Shown here piece after piece: positions 29,866 through 41,000 of a stretch of DNA of 64,000 nt (position 1 is its first letter; each line of letters opens with the position of its first letter). Below the pieces are notes generated by a model. That model searched no databases. It worked only from the letters and a program-made list of their open reading frames with translations, and had not been told where the DNA came from. A program made the translations under genes and the position numbers. This stretch comes from Corynebacterium tuberculostearicum (GTDB taxonomy: Bacteria; Actinomycetota; Actinomycetes; Mycobacteriales; Mycobacteriaceae), in assembly GCA_938008395.1 (NCBI GenBank), contig CALLKG010000057.1, positions 2,000 through 65,999 on the forward strand, given 5' to 3'.

Positions 29866-31254
29866 ATGCAACGCTGGGTTCTACACATCGACATGGACGC
29901 GTTTTTCGCCTCCGTCGAGCAGCTGACCCGGCCTACCCTGCAGGGGCGTCCCGTCCTGGTGGGAGGTACCAGCGGGCGCGGCGTGGTGGCCGGCGCCTCC
30001 TATGAGGCGCGCGTGTACGGTGCGCATTCGGCCATGCCGATGTACCGCGCGCAGCAGCTTGTTGGACTTCGCGCGGTGGTGGTGCAGCCGCGCCGGGCAG
30101 TCTATTCAGCAGCCTCGCGGCGCGTATTTGGCATCATCGCGCAACACGTGGAGGTTATCGAGCAGCTTTCTATCGATGAAGCCTTTATGGAACCCGCCGC
30201 CTTGGAAGGAGCGAGCGCGGAGGAGGTCAAGCGCTGGGCGGATGAGCTGCGCGCGCACATTCGGGAGGAGACGGGTCTGCCGTGTTCCATTGGGGCGGGC
30301 TCGGGCAAACAATTTGCCAAGATTGGATCGGGCGAAGCGAAGCCCGACGGCACCTTTGTTATTCCGGCGGAGCGCCAGCTAGATATGCTGCACCCCCTTG
30401 CGGTGAACAAGTTGTGGGGAGTCGGCCCGGTGACCGGCGCGAAGCTCAAGTCCATCGGCGTAGAAACCATTGGGCAGCTAGCGGCGATGACGCGCAAGGA
30501 AGTAGAGATTTCCATCGGCAGCGTGGTGGGGCTGCAGCTGTGGCAGCTGGCCCGCGGCATTGATGACCGTGAGGTGGCGCCGCGCGCAATTTCTAAACAG
30601 ATTTCTACCGAGCACACCTACCCGAAAGACCTGCAGACCGCCCCCGAGGTCGATGCAGCCATCACTCGCGCGGCGGAGGGCGCGCACCGCCGGCTGCTTA
30701 AGGATGGGCGCGGCGCGCGCACCGTAACGGTAAAGCTGCGCATGGCGGATTTCCATATCGAATCGCGCTCGACCACCTTGCCCTATGCGACTGACGACGC
30801 CGCCGTGCTCACCGCCGCCGCCTTCAAACTCGCCCGCTACCCCGATGAGCTGGGGCCCATCCGCCTGGTAGGGGTGAGCTATTCCGGGCTAGAGACCGCT
30901 CGCCAAGACGTGCTTTTTCCGGAGCTCGACCGCGAAATAGTGCGCCCTGCACCGGCGGATACGGACTATGAGACTGGGGTGAGCGACGACGCAACACCGG
31001 CCATACCAGCGCCTACGGTGACGGTGGAGGAAGAAACCGATAACCAGTGGCACGCCACGCAGGATGTTTTCCACCCTGATTACGGCCACGGTTGGATTCA
31101 AGGTGCCGGCCACGGGGTGGTCAGCGTGCGCTTTGAAACCCGCGCCACGGGGCCCGGGCGCACCAAATCCTTCGCGGCCGACGATCCCGCGCTCGTGCCA
31201 GCAGACCCGCTCGACTCACTGGATTGGCAAGACTGGCTGACCAGCGAGGGCTAG
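29866..31254 (+). CDS. dinB: DNA polymerase IV (Y family)
   Basis: HIDMDAFFASVE, SYEAR, SIDEAF motifs; clamp motif QDVLF; -10 TAGACT 7 nt upstream. Confidence 0.95.
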   Translation: MQRWVLHIDMDAFFASVEQLTRPTLQGRPVLVGGTSGRGVVAGASYEARVYGAHSAMPMYRAQQLVGLRAVVVQPRRAVYSAASRRVFGIIAQHVEVIEQLSIDEAFMEPAALEGASAEEVKRWADELRAHIREETGLPCSIGAGSGKQFAKIGSGEAKPDGTFVIPAERQLDMLHPLAVNKLWGVGPVTGAKLKSIGVETIGQLAAMTRKEVEISIGSVVGLQLWQLARGIDDREVAPRAISKQISTEHTYPKDLQTAPEVDAAITRAAEGAHRRLLKDGRGARTVTVKLRMADFHIESRSTTLPYATDDAAVLTAAAFKLARYPDELGPIRLVGVSYSGLETARQDVLFPELDREIVRPAPADTDYETGVSDDATPAIPAPTVTVEEETDNQWHATQDVFHPDYGHGWIQGAGHGVVSVRFETRATGPGRTKSFAADDPALVPADPLDSLDWQDWLTSEG

Positions 31255-32144
31255 CCCTCCTGGGCAAAAAGCTCCGCCGGATCGGTGTCGGTGGCCAGCG
31301 CCGCCGCGAGCAGGATTCGCGCTTGGCTCGGGCGGAACCATCCGGCGTTGATGGCACCACGTTTGCCCAGGCTCGCGCCACCGCCGTCGCCACCGTAAGC
31401 CAGCGCCGTCGGGCCATAGGGGGTGCGGGTAGAAATGATGACGGGGAGGCCGGCGTGGAGGGCGTCGGCAAGCGCGCGGCCCATCTCCTCGCCCATATTT
31501 CCCGAGCCCATGGCCTCCACAATGAGGCCGGAGGCGGGGGAGTGTACGGCGGCGTCGACCAGCAGGCGGCCCGCTCCCGGATAGGCGGGGATGATCTCGA
31601 TACGCTGCGACGCCAGCGGGGCAGGACGCAAACGCGGGGTGGTGCCAGGAACGGGCAGCGACTCAAACCCGCGCAGGTCACTGGTGTGCCGCTTGCGCGC
31701 ACCGCGCGCCGGGATGGTCTCGCCGCCGAAGCAGAGGAAAACCCCAGGGTGCCCGCTGGCCGCTAGCTCGCGGGCAGCCCGCAGATTGGTGGGGCCGTCG
31801 GCCGCGGGGTGATCGTAGGCGCGCTGCGCTCCAGTAAGCACGATGGGCTTTGCCCCTGCGCAGAAAATCTCCAACGCCAGCGCGGTTTCCTCCATGGAGT
31901 CGGTGCCATGGGTGATGATCACGCCACCGATGTCCTCGCGCGCGGTGTGCTCATTGACCACCGCAATGAGCTCATCGAGGTCCGCCAAAGTAATAGAGGA
32001 GGAGTCGAGCTGGCGAAACTCCACTACCTCGGCGTCGATTTCAGCGGCAAGGTCCGCGCCAGAGACGGTGGGAACCAAGGAACCATCGGCCACGGTGGTG
32101 CAAGCGATCGTGCCACCGGTGGCTATCAAAGCAAGTCGGGTCAT
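31251..32144 (-). CDS. ansA: L-asparaginase
   Basis: ATGGTIA and THGTDSMEE catalytic motifs; ATG 32144 is 7 nt after -10 TAACCT. Confidence 0.9.
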   Translation of the reverse strand: MTRLALIATGGTIACTTVADGSLVPTVSGADLAAEIDAEVVEFRQLDSSSITLADLDELIAVVNEHTAREDIGGVIITHGTDSMEETALALEIFCAGAKPIVLTGAQRAYDHPAADGPTNLRAARELAASGHPGVFLCFGGETIPARGARKRHTSDLRGFESLPVPGTTPRLRPAPLASQRIEIIPAYPGAGRLLVDAAVHSPASGLIVEAMGSGNMGEEMGRALADALHAGLPVIISTRTPYGPTALAYGGDGGGASLGKRGAINAGWFRPSQARILLAAALATDTDPAELFAQEG

Positions 32145-32252
32145 GCACTCAAGGTTAAAGAAATCTCCGCCCACGCGGCGGGCGCAGCCCGGAAAAGGCT
32201 GGTGCAGCTGTAAACTGATGGGAGTTTAGAACCCAGACGTGAGGAGTTAGAA

Positions 32253-32882
32253 GTGAAATTCCGCAAGTTTAGCGCCGCGTGCCTCGCACTGACCGCGGCC
32301 ACCGCCCTGGCCGCCTGCTCTTCCGACGACGAGCAGGACGATACCGCCGCCGCCAACACCGAGGCGCAGGAATCCGCCTCTTCCGACGGCGATTCCGCCG
32401 CCCCAGCGCTGCCATCCCCGGCGGATCTCAACGCCATCTTGGCCAAGGCCACTGATCCAAACGCTTCTGAGCAGGAAAAGACCGCCACCGTGCAGGGCGG
32501 CGAGACCGCACCGGAAATCTTTGACACCATGGCACAGTCCAAGCAGGAATCCGGTGCCGAGTTCGAGGTCGTCGATCCTGTGCTTCCGGGCTACGACCCG
32601 CAGTCCGTGCTGACCACCGTGAACTTCACCACCGCTGACGGCCAGCAGCAGACCGCTGACCAGGTGGAGTTCGTGTACGAAGACGGCACCTGGAAGCTTT
32701 CCAAGGCGTGGGCTTGCACGCTCATCCAAAACACCGTGCCGCCGGAGCAGGTTCCGGAGATGTGTGCAGATACCGGTGCCGGTGCCTCCGCACCCGCCCC
32801 GGCACCGGCCGAGGGCGACGCCCCGGCTGCCGGCGCCGAGCAAGCCCCAGCCGAGGCCCCCGTTGAGGCACCGGCCGAGTAA
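32253..32882 (+). CDS. Lipoprotein, MTB12/CFP2-like by recall
   Basis: Lipobox ALAAC; conserved-looking core LPSPADLNAIL...WKLSKAWAC with a Cys pair; Pro/Ala tail. Family call is from memory. Confidence 0.7.
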   Translation: MKFRKFSAACLALTAATALAACSSDDEQDDTAAANTEAQESASSDGDSAAPALPSPADLNAILAKATDPNASEQEKTATVQGGETAPEIFDTMAQSKQESGAEFEVVDPVLPGYDPQSVLTTVNFTTADGQQQTADQVEFVYEDGTWKLSKAWACTLIQNTVPPEQVPEMCADTGAGASAPAPAPAEGDAPAAGAEQAPAEAPVEAPAE

Positions 32883-33824
32883 TTAGGAAAAGTTCAGCTC
32901 CGTCAGGCTCGACTGCACCACGCGCAGCTCCGAGCCGGCGGCGCCATAAATGACCTTCGTGTCGAAAGACACGTCACCGCCCACGGGCAGCGGCTTGCTC
33001 AGGTCTACCGTGATGTTGCCCTTGGATTGGGTGCTGGAGTCCACAACCTTGAGCTCCTTGTCCTCCAACTCCGTGCCCTGGGCCTGGCCCTCAAACGACA
33101 GCGCGCCTAGCGACGGCCGCTGTTCTACCTCTACGTTGAGCTTGACCTGGTCGCCCTCGATGGAAGCGACCGTATAGCGCGTGGTCTGCAGCAGGGTGGA
33201 CTCGCCGGTAACGCGCGAATCCACCGTCCAGCTCGCTCCCTTGCCTACCTCCTCGGTGGGGAAAACCACGGGCAGGGCCGTCAGCTTCATAATTGCCTGT
33301 TCCACGGAGCCACGGGCTTCATCCGTGGCCTCCTGGGGTGCGGCAAGGCGCAAGGAATTCATCTGGCCGGTATTTTGGCCTCGCCAGCCAAATTGAAATC
33401 CCTCGGCCGAAGAGACGTCGGTGTCGCCAGAAGTTTCCGGCGCACCGGCCGTGACGAACGCATTGCGGGTGGCGGGCAGCTGATCTTCAACGTCCTCGCT
33501 AGCCTTATCTACCTTGGCCGATAGCGGCAGGGTAGTGGTGGTGGATTCGACGTCGGAGGCCTGAAACTTCTCGGCCGCGGACTTTTTGAGCAGGTCCTGC
33601 GAAAAACCCTCGGTAACGCGGTAGTTCACGTCCTGCGTGGAGTCAATATCGCGGTATTCCAGGAGCTTTTTCTCCCCGGTGCCGGGATTGTCCACGGTGA
33701 CGCGTGGGGCGTCGATAGTCAGGCCCACGGGCTGTTCTACCGCGGGTCCCGGCTTTTCATAGGAACACGCCGTAAGCGCTACGGCGGCTGTGGTCAGGGC
33801 TGCAAAAACTTTGACTCGAAACAC
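32883..33824 (-). CDS. Lipoprotein, unknown function
   Basis: Lipobox ALTAC; GTG 33824 is 7 nt after -10 TATTTT; divergent from lspA. Confidence 0.8.
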   Translation of the reverse strand: MFRVKVFAALTTAAVALTACSYEKPGPAVEQPVGLTIDAPRVTVDNPGTGEKKLLEYRDIDSTQDVNYRVTEGFSQDLLKKSAAEKFQASDVESTTTTLPLSAKVDKASEDVEDQLPATRNAFVTAGAPETSGDTDVSSAEGFQFGWRGQNTGQMNSLRLAAPQEATDEARGSVEQAIMKLTALPVVFPTEEVGKGASWTVDSRVTGESTLLQTTRYTVASIEGDQVKLNVEVEQRPSLGALSFEGQAQGTELEDKELKVVDSSTQSKGNITVDLSKPLPVGGDVSFDTKVIYGAAGSELRVVQSSLTELNFS

Positions 33825-33865
33825 GCTTACCAAAATACCGGACGCTCCCGTTTAGAATAGAGCGG

Positions 33866-34357
33866 GTGAGTCAAAAACGAAGGAGCAAGACAGGACTTAT
33901 CGCCGCGGTTGTCATCGCCGTGGCGCTGGTGGACCAAGCCGTGAAACAAATAATGCTCTCCATCCTTACGGAGGGCGAGCCCCTGCCGGTCATTGGGGAT
34001 TGGTTCCGGTTTACCCTGCTTTTTAACCCTGGCGCGGCCTTTTCCATGGGCGGGGAGGGATCGACGTGGCTTTTTACCACTATCCAGCTGGTCTTTGTGC
34101 TCGGCGTGGCCATTGCCGCCCCGCGCATTACCCACTCCGGCCAGGCGGTGGGCCTAGCGCTCATCGCCGGTGGTGCGTTGGGTAATTTCGCTGACCGCAT
34201 CTTCCGCGCCCCCGGCTTCTGGTTCGGGCACGTGGTGGACTTTATTTCGGTCGGCTCTTTCGCCGTGTTCAATATTGCGGACGCGGCCATTACCTGCGGC
34301 GTGGTGCTGTTCATTATCGCCATGGTGCTGGAGGAAAGGAAGGCCGAGCATGAATAG
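33866..34357 (+). CDS. lspA: Lipoprotein signal peptidase II
   Basis: [28 protein letters not shown] motifs; -10 TAGAAT 7 nt upstream. Confidence 0.97.
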   Translation: MSQKRRSKTGLIAAVVIAVALVDQAVKQIMLSILTEGEPLPVIGDWFRFTLLFNPGAAFSMGGEGSTWLFTTIQLVFVLGVAIAAPRITHSGQAVGLALIAGGALGNFADRIFRAPGFWFGHVVDFISVGSFAVFNIADAAITCGVVLFIIAMVLEERKAEHE

Positions 34358-35276
34358 GCAGATGCGCAGCTTCCCCATTCCTGAAGGCCTAGAAGGCATG
34401 CGTGCCGACGCCGCCCTGGCCAAGCTCCTTGGCCTTTCCCGCAGCGCCACCGCGCAGCTGTGCGCCGAGGGCAGTGTGACCATCGATTCCCAAGAGCTGG
34501 GCAAATCCGAGCGATTGACTTCCGGCAACGTGGTCTCCGTGCTTTTGCCGGAGCCAGAAAAGCCGTTGCTGCCGCGCGAAGAGCTGGTCGAGGGCATGGA
34601 CGTGCTTTACAACGATGCCGATATCATCTGCGTGCATAAGCCGGTGGGCGTGGCCGCGCACCCCAGCGTGGGGTGGGACGGGCCGACGGTGATTGGTGGG
34701 CTGCGCGCGGCCGGTTATACCGTGGCTTCGTCCGGGCCGACCGAGCGCAAGGGCATCGTGCACCGCCTCGATGTGGGCACGTCAGGCGTGATGGTCGTGG
34801 CTTCCTCGGAGCGCGCCTATTCCGCGCTCAAGCACGCCTTTAAGTACCGCAGCGTGAAAAAGACCTACCACGCCGTGGTGCAGGGGCTGCCGGATCCCAT
34901 CGAGGGCACCGTTGATGCGCCCATCGGCCGCCACCCCAAGTCGGGCTGGAAATTCGCCGTGCTTGACGACGGCAAAGCGGCCATCACCCATTACAGCCTC
35001 ATCGAGGCCTTCCGCGAGGCCAGCCTCATCGAGGTGCACCTAGAGACCGGCCGCACCCACCAGATTCGCGTGCACATGTCCGCCACCGGCCACCCGTGCG
35101 TGGGCGACCCAATGTACGGCTCGGATCCCAACTTGGCTAAGCGCCTTGGGCTTCAGCGTCAATGGCTGCACGCGGTAAAGCTCGGCTTTACCCACCCCGG
35201 CACCGGCAAGTGGTTCGAGATTGAAGCGCCGTACCCGGCCGATCTCGAGCACGCTTTGGAGGTTCTGCGGGGATGA
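34350..35276 (+). CDS. rluD: RluA-family 23S rRNA pseudouridine synthase with S4 domain
   Basis: [34 protein letters not shown]; ATG 34350 overlaps the lspA end (track ORF from 34170 is an upstream extension). Confidence 0.93.
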   Translation: MNRQMRSFPIPEGLEGMRADAALAKLLGLSRSATAQLCAEGSVTIDSQELGKSERLTSGNVVSVLLPEPEKPLLPREELVEGMDVLYNDADIICVHKPVGVAAHPSVGWDGPTVIGGLRAAGYTVASSGPTERKGIVHRLDVGTSGVMVVASSERAYSALKHAFKYRSVKKTYHAVVQGLPDPIEGTVDAPIGRHPKSGWKFAVLDDGKAAITHYSLIEAFREASLIEVHLETGRTHQIRVHMSATGHPCVGDPMYGSDPNLAKRLGLQRQWLHAVKLGFTHPGTGKWFEIEAPYPADLEHALEVLRG

Positions 35277-35809
35277 GGAAGGTCTACCGGCGGCGTCGGC
35301 TAGCGGCCCTGGCGGTGCTTGCGGTGCTTTTCTTGGCCGCGCTCGCGCTTTTTGGCGCCCTAGGGACCCAGGCCTCTTCGCAAGTACAAGGCGATCAGCT
35401 CGGCCCGGATGGCGAGACGCGCGCGGAGTATATTGCGCGCGTATCCGGTAGCGACATTCCGGACGCGCCTGCCTACGCCCTTGTTACCTTCGACGAGGAT
35501 TTGCCACCCGTAGCCGCCGCGGCCGCCGTCGCCGCCGCCCCGCGCATGGATGCCATCCTTATCGGCTCCACCGCCCCCATTGACGTCCCCGAACCCACCG
35601 CCGGCGAGGACCGCGCCGCTGTCATCCAACGCGCCTTCGACCGCATCGATGCCTCCTATGGCCAGCGCCCCACCGCGGTGAGCGCCGCCGTGGTGTGGGG
35701 ATCGGGCGCCCAGCTTGCCGACGTCGCCTCCACCCCCTCCGTCGCCGCCGTCGAACCCGCACCCGCGGACGCCGCCTGGGGCAGCTTCGCCATCCGCCCT
35801 CCCAGCTAA
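35273..35809 (+). CDS. Membrane-anchored hypothetical protein
   Basis: Basic N-terminus plus TM helix; ATGA overlap with the rluD stop. Confidence 0.75.
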   Translation: MRKVYRRRRLAALAVLAVLFLAALALFGALGTQASSQVQGDQLGPDGETRAEYIARVSGSDIPDAPAYALVTFDEDLPPVAAAAAVAAAPRMDAILIGSTAPIDVPEPTAGEDRAAVIQRAFDRIDASYGQRPTAVSAAVVWGSGAQLADVASTPSVAAVEPAPADAAWGSFAIRPPS

Positions 35810-35869
35810 TATCGCCCTCCTGGGACCTGTGGCGCGCGGTGGCCGCCCAGCGCTTTTAGCATCGAGGGC

Positions 35870-36910
35870 ATGGAACACATTCGGGCTTATATCGCGGCGC
35901 TCAACTCGGCGATGGACCTCCTCGCCGAGGCCGCCGACGCCTCCGCCGCGGACCTTACCGCCGCCGGCATGCCCGATGCCACGGCTGACACTATTGCGCA
36001 GCTCGCGCAGGTCTACTTCGGGACCACCAGCTTTCGCCGCCGCCAACGCCGCGCGGTGGACGGGGCCCGCCGCAACCGGCATTCGCTGCCGACGCTGGCG
36101 GTCATCGAAAAGCATGCCCGGCGCGCGCCCACGCAAGCCCGCGCATGGGCCCTGCGCGCCGAGCTCACCCATATCGCGTGCGATACGCGGGAGATGGAAA
36201 GGCGTGCTCGCAAAAAGCTGCGCGAGATGCGCGCGCCGCGCGAACCCAAGCCGGGGGTGCGGTTGCGCCGCCGCGCCGCCGGCAAACCCTGGACGCTGTC
36301 CATCACTGGGCCGTCCGCACTCATCGCCGAGTTACACCAGCATGCCGGTTCGCTTGCCGACGTCACCTCCCTCTTCCGCACCGGTACCGGCGCCGCCGCA
36401 ACCGTGCGCACCAACGTTGTGGTGCCACTGGATAAGTTGGTTGGCGTGGCCCATGGCAGCGACGATGTGGTGTTGACCATGACCAATGGCGCGCAGATTA
36501 CGGGTGCTGAATTGGCCCAGCGTGCGCTTGCCGAGGAGGGATTTGTCACCCTGCTCCACCCCGTAGAGGGCCCAGTGAACTTGTACCGCATGCGCCGTGG
36601 GGCCACCTGGAAGCAGTTCATGATGGCCGCGGCGGAAAATCCCACCTGCCCGGTCAAGGGATGCAATAAGCCTGCCGATGAGTGCCAGGTTCACCACATC
36701 TTCAGTTGGGCCGGCGGCGGGTGGACCAATGCGAAGAACCTCACCACCGCTTGTGCCTATCACAATGGTCGCAATGACGACCACCGCACCGGCCCGCCGC
36801 GCAATGGCCGCTTCGAGCGCACGGCCCGCGGCGTCCGCTGGGTTAACCCTTGGGATCCGCCCCCACCGGACCTCGTCGATACCGGGCCTGCGAATACGAC
36901 CACCGCGTAG
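35870..36910 (+). CDS. HNH endonuclease family protein (copy 2)
   Basis: CPVKGC...CQVHHIFSWAGGGWTNAKNLTTACAYHN; ATG 7 nt after -10 TAGCAT; paralog of 18906..19907. Confidence 0.88.
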   Translation: MEHIRAYIAALNSAMDLLAEAADASAADLTAAGMPDATADTIAQLAQVYFGTTSFRRRQRRAVDGARRNRHSLPTLAVIEKHARRAPTQARAWALRAELTHIACDTREMERRARKKLREMRAPREPKPGVRLRRRAAGKPWTLSITGPSALIAELHQHAGSLADVTSLFRTGTGAAATVRTNVVVPLDKLVGVAHGSDDVVLTMTNGAQITGAELAQRALAEEGFVTLLHPVEGPVNLYRMRRGATWKQFMMAAAENPTCPVKGCNKPADECQVHHIFSWAGGGWTNAKNLTTACAYHNGRNDDHRTGPPRNGRFERTARGVRWVNPWDPPPPDLVDTGPANTTTA

Positions 36911-36919
36911 GCTAGACCT

Positions 36920-37189
36920 ATGTCCTCACGCCAGCCCTTTTCGCAGTGGATGCCCAACTACAAATTTGGCTATATCGCCGCGTGGGTCGCGGTGGTGGTT
37001 TCCGGCATCGCGCTTTTAATCGGCCTTGTCACCGGCGGCACCTCGATGACGCTGGTGTTTTCCGGGATCGTATGTGCCTATGGCATTTTTCTCGTCGTGG
37101 TGATGCCGCGCTGGGCGCTGCGGGCAGAAGAGGAACAGGCGGCGCGTCGCCGGGCCCGCGCCGCCCGCGAGGAACTTAAGCGCTCCTAG
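36920..37189 (+). CDS. Small two-TM membrane protein
   Basis: Two hydrophobic helices and a basic tail; -10 TAGGCT (overlapping the HNH stop) 6 nt upstream. Confidence 0.72.
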   Translation: MSSRQPFSQWMPNYKFGYIAAWVAVVVSGIALLIGLVTGGTSMTLVFSGIVCAYGIFLVVVMPRWALRAEEEQAARRRARAAREELKRS

Positions 37190-38027
37190 CCATGCGCACC
37201 AAGTCGGCGACGTAAATCGCCACCGCCACGCCGATGATGCCGAAGCCGATCCAGCGGTGCGTCGAAAAGTGCTCGTGGGTGACAAAGAGAGCCCACAGCA
37301 TCTGCATGATGGGGGTGAGGTATTGGAGCATGCCGATCGTCGATAAGCGCAGTGTCCGTGCGCCCTCCGCAAAGCAGAGGAGCGGCAGCGCGGTAATCAA
37401 GCCGGCGCTGACCAAAAGCAGCGCGTGGCCGACTCCCTCGCTGGCGAATGTGCCCTGGCCGCTTGTTTCTAGCCACAGGATGTAGCCCACCGCCAGCGGT
37501 GACATCACGAGCGCCTCCGCCGCGACCGAGACGGCCGAGGACACCCGGACCTGCTTTTTGAGCAGCCCATAAAAGCCGAAGCTGAAGGCCAGCAGCAGCG
37601 AAATGTATGGCGCCTGGCCGGTAAAGAACGTCAAGTACAGCACCGCGATGGCCGCAACGCCCACCGCGCCGGCCTGCCACGGCCGCAGCCGCTCCTTCAA
37701 AAACACCATGCCGAGGGCGACCGACACCAGGGGATTGATGAAATATCCCAGCGCCGCATCGGCCACGTGGTTGCTATTAATCGCCACCACGTAGGTGCCC
37801 CAATTGACCGTGATGAATACACCCGCGGCCGCAAGCCAACCCCACGTGCGCTTGTCCATGCGCGCCATTTCTCGCCACCGGCCGCCGAGGAGCAAAAATC
37901 CCGTGACCAGTACCGCGGTCCACAACACGCGGTGGGCCAGGATTTCTAGCGGCGATGCCGGCAGCAAGAGAGGAAAGAACGCGGGGAAAAATCCCCACAT
38001 GATGTAGGCGGCGAGCGTGTAGAGCAT
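37176..38027 (-). CDS. rarD: EamA/DMT transporter RarD
   Basis: [33 protein letters not shown]; ATG 38027 is 6 nt after -10 TATTAT; the longer track ORF overlaps dnaE antisense. Confidence 0.9.
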   Translation of the reverse strand: MLYTLAAYIMWGFFPAFFPLLLPASPLEILAHRVLWTAVLVTGFLLLGGRWREMARMDKRTWGWLAAAGVFITVNWGTYVVAINSNHVADAALGYFINPLVSVALGMVFLKERLRPWQAGAVGVAAIAVLYLTFFTGQAPYISLLLAFSFGFYGLLKKQVRVSSAVSVAAEALVMSPLAVGYILWLETSGQGTFASEGVGHALLLVSAGLITALPLLCFAEGARTLRLSTIGMLQYLTPIMQMLWALFVTHEHFSTHRWIGFGIIGVAVAIYVADLVRMARSA

Positions 38028-38072
38028 CACAAAATAATAGCCCATTTTGACCGCCCCGCTATGATGAGCCGC

Positions 38073-41000
38073 ATGGCCAAAAACTCCTCCTTCGTCCACC
38101 TGCACAACCACACCGAGTTTTCCATGCTGGACGGCATGGCCAAGGTCGATATGCTGGCCGACGAGGTGGTTCGCCAAGAAATGCCGGCCGTCGGTATGAC
38201 CGACCACGGCAATATGTATGGCTCTGATGCTTTCTACCGCCGCATGACCAGTGCCGGCGTCAAGCCGATCATCGGCATCGAGGCGTATATGGCGCCCGAA
38301 TCTCGCTTCAATAAGAAGCGCGTGCTGTGGGGCACGCCGGATCAAAAGCGCGACGACGTCTCCGCGTCCGGCGCCTACCTCCACCAAACGATGATCGCGG
38401 AGAACGCCACCGGCCTGCGCAACCTCTTTACCTTGTCCTCGCTTGCTTCCTATGAAGGTCAGTTGGGCAAGTGGCCGCGCATGGATGCCGAGCTCATTGC
38501 CGAGCATGCCGACGGCATCATCGCCACTACCGGTTGCCCCTCCGGTGACGTCCAGACCCGCCTGCGCCTCGGCCAGTTCAACGAGGCGCTGGAGGCCGCG
38601 GCCATGTGGCAGGACATCTACGGCAAGGACAACTTCTTTTTGGAGTTGATGGACCATGGGCTGGACATCGAAAAGCGCACGCGCGATGGCCTACTAGAGA
38701 TCGGCCGCAAGCTGGACTTGCCGCCGCTGGTGACCAATGACTGCCACTACGTGTTGGAGTCCCAGGCGCCGGCGCACGAGGCGATGCTGTGCGTGCAGAC
38801 CGGCAAGACGTTCATGGATCCGGACCGCTTCAAGTTCGGCGGCACCGGCTACTACATTAAGTCGGCCGCGCAGATGCGCGAGACCTGGGACGATATGATT
38901 CCAGATGGCTGCGATAACACCCTGTGGATTGCCGAGCGCGTGCAAGACTACGGCGAGATCTGGGAAGAACACACCCACGATCGCATGCCTATTGCCGACG
39001 TCCCCGAGGGCCACACCCCAACCTCCTGGCTCACCCATGAGGTGATGGAGGGCCTGCAAAAGCGCTTCCCCGGCCAGGATATACCGGAGGAATATATCGA
39101 GCGCGCCAAGTATGAGATCTCCGTTATTGAGATGAAGGGCTACCCGTCCTACTTCCTCATCGTGGCCGAGCTCATTAAGCACGCGCGCTCCGTGGGCATT
39201 CGTGTGGGGCCGGGCCGTGGCTCGGCGGCCGGTGCGCTCGTCGCCTACGCGCTGACCATTACCAATATCGACCCGCTGGAGCACGATCTCCTCTTCGAGC
39301 GATTCTTGAACCCAGAACGCCCGTCCGCACCCGATATCGATATCGACTTCGACGACCGCCGTCGCGGTGAAATGATCACCTATGCGGCCGAGCGCTGGGG
39401 CGAGGACAAGGTGGCGCAGGTTATTACCTTCGGCACGGTGAAGACTAAGCAGGCCATTAAGGACTCGGCCAAGGTGCACTTTGGCCAGCCCGGCTTCCAG
39501 ATGGCCGACCGCATCAACGGCGCGCTGCCGCCGGCCATCATGGCCAAGGACATTCCGCTTAAGGGCATCACGGACCCGGACCACGAGCGCTACTCAGAGG
39601 CCGCCGAGGTCCGCCAGATGGTGGAATCCGACCCGGATGTGAAAAAGATCTATGACACGGCGCGGGGCTTGGAGGGCGTCGTCAGGCAGGCGGGCGTGCA
39701 CGCCTGTGCGGTGATTATGGCTTCGGTCCGGCTCATGGACCACATTCCTATGTGGAAGCGCCCGGCCGACGGCGCTTATATCACCGGCTGGGATTACCCG
39801 GCCTGCGAGGCCATCGGCCTGCTGAAGATGGACTTTTTGGGCCTGCGCAACCTCACCGTAATCGGCGATGCGATTGAAAACATCAAGCGCAACCGCGGCG
39901 AAGAAATCCACTTGGAGCAGCTGCATGCCGACGACCCCAAGGTCTCCAAGGTCTATGACCTGCTCTCGCGCGGCGATACGCTGGGCGTCTTCCAGCTCGA
40001 CTCCGGCGGCATGCAGGAGCTGCTCAAGCGCATGAAGCCGACCGGCTTTAAGGATATTGTGGCCTCCCTTGCGCTCTACCGCCCGGGCCCGATGGGTGTG
40101 AACGCCCACTGGGACTACGCGGACCGTAAGAACGGCCGCAAGGAAATCACTCCAATTCACCCGGAGTTGGAAGAGCCGCTCAAGGAAATCCTGGATGAGA
40201 CCTACGGTCTCATCGTCTACCAGGAGCAGATCATGCGTATCTCGCAGAAGGTCGCCAACTACACGGCCGGTGAGGCGGATGGCTTCCGTAAGGCAATGGG
40301 TAAGAAGAAGCCCGAAGTGCTGGCCCAGCAGTACGACAAGTTCTGGGGCGGCATGCAAGAAAACGGCTACTCCAAGTCCGCCATGGACGCGCTCTGGGGC
40401 ACCATCGAGCCCTTCGCGTCCTACGCGTTTAACAAGTCCCACGCCGCGGGCTACGGCTTGGTGTCCTTCTGGACAGCCTATCTCAAGGCCTACTATGCAC
40501 CGGAGTATATGGCCGCGCTGCTGACCTCGGTGGGCGATAAGAAGGATAAGTCCGCCATTTACCTTTCGGACTGCCGCCACCTGGGCATCAAGGTGCTGCC
40601 GCCGTCCGTCAACGAGTCCGAAGAGGACTTCCAGGCGGTGGGAGAGGATATCCGCTTCGGCATGGGCGCTATCCGCAACGTCGGCTCGGAAGTGGTGGAA
40701 TCCATCATCAAATCCCGCCACGACAAGGGCGCGTTTACCTCGTTTAGCGATTACCTGGACAAAATCGAGCTCGCCGCCTGCACTAAGCGCGTGACAGAGG
40801 CACTGATTAAGGCCGGCGCCTTCGATGACTTGAACCACCCGCGCAAGGGCCTCATGCTCATCCACGAGGACGCGGTGGATGCGGTGCAAACCACCAAGAA
40901 GGCCGCGGATAAGGGACAGTTCGATCTCTTCGCTGGAATTGGCGGGGGAGAGGACGACGCGGCTTCCAACGCTTTTGCCTTGGACATTCCAGAAGACAAC

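Noticed and set aside
38028-38657. N-terminal extension making rarD 493 aa
   Set aside because: Lies antisense to dnaE; RarD homology and a -10 element start at 38027.
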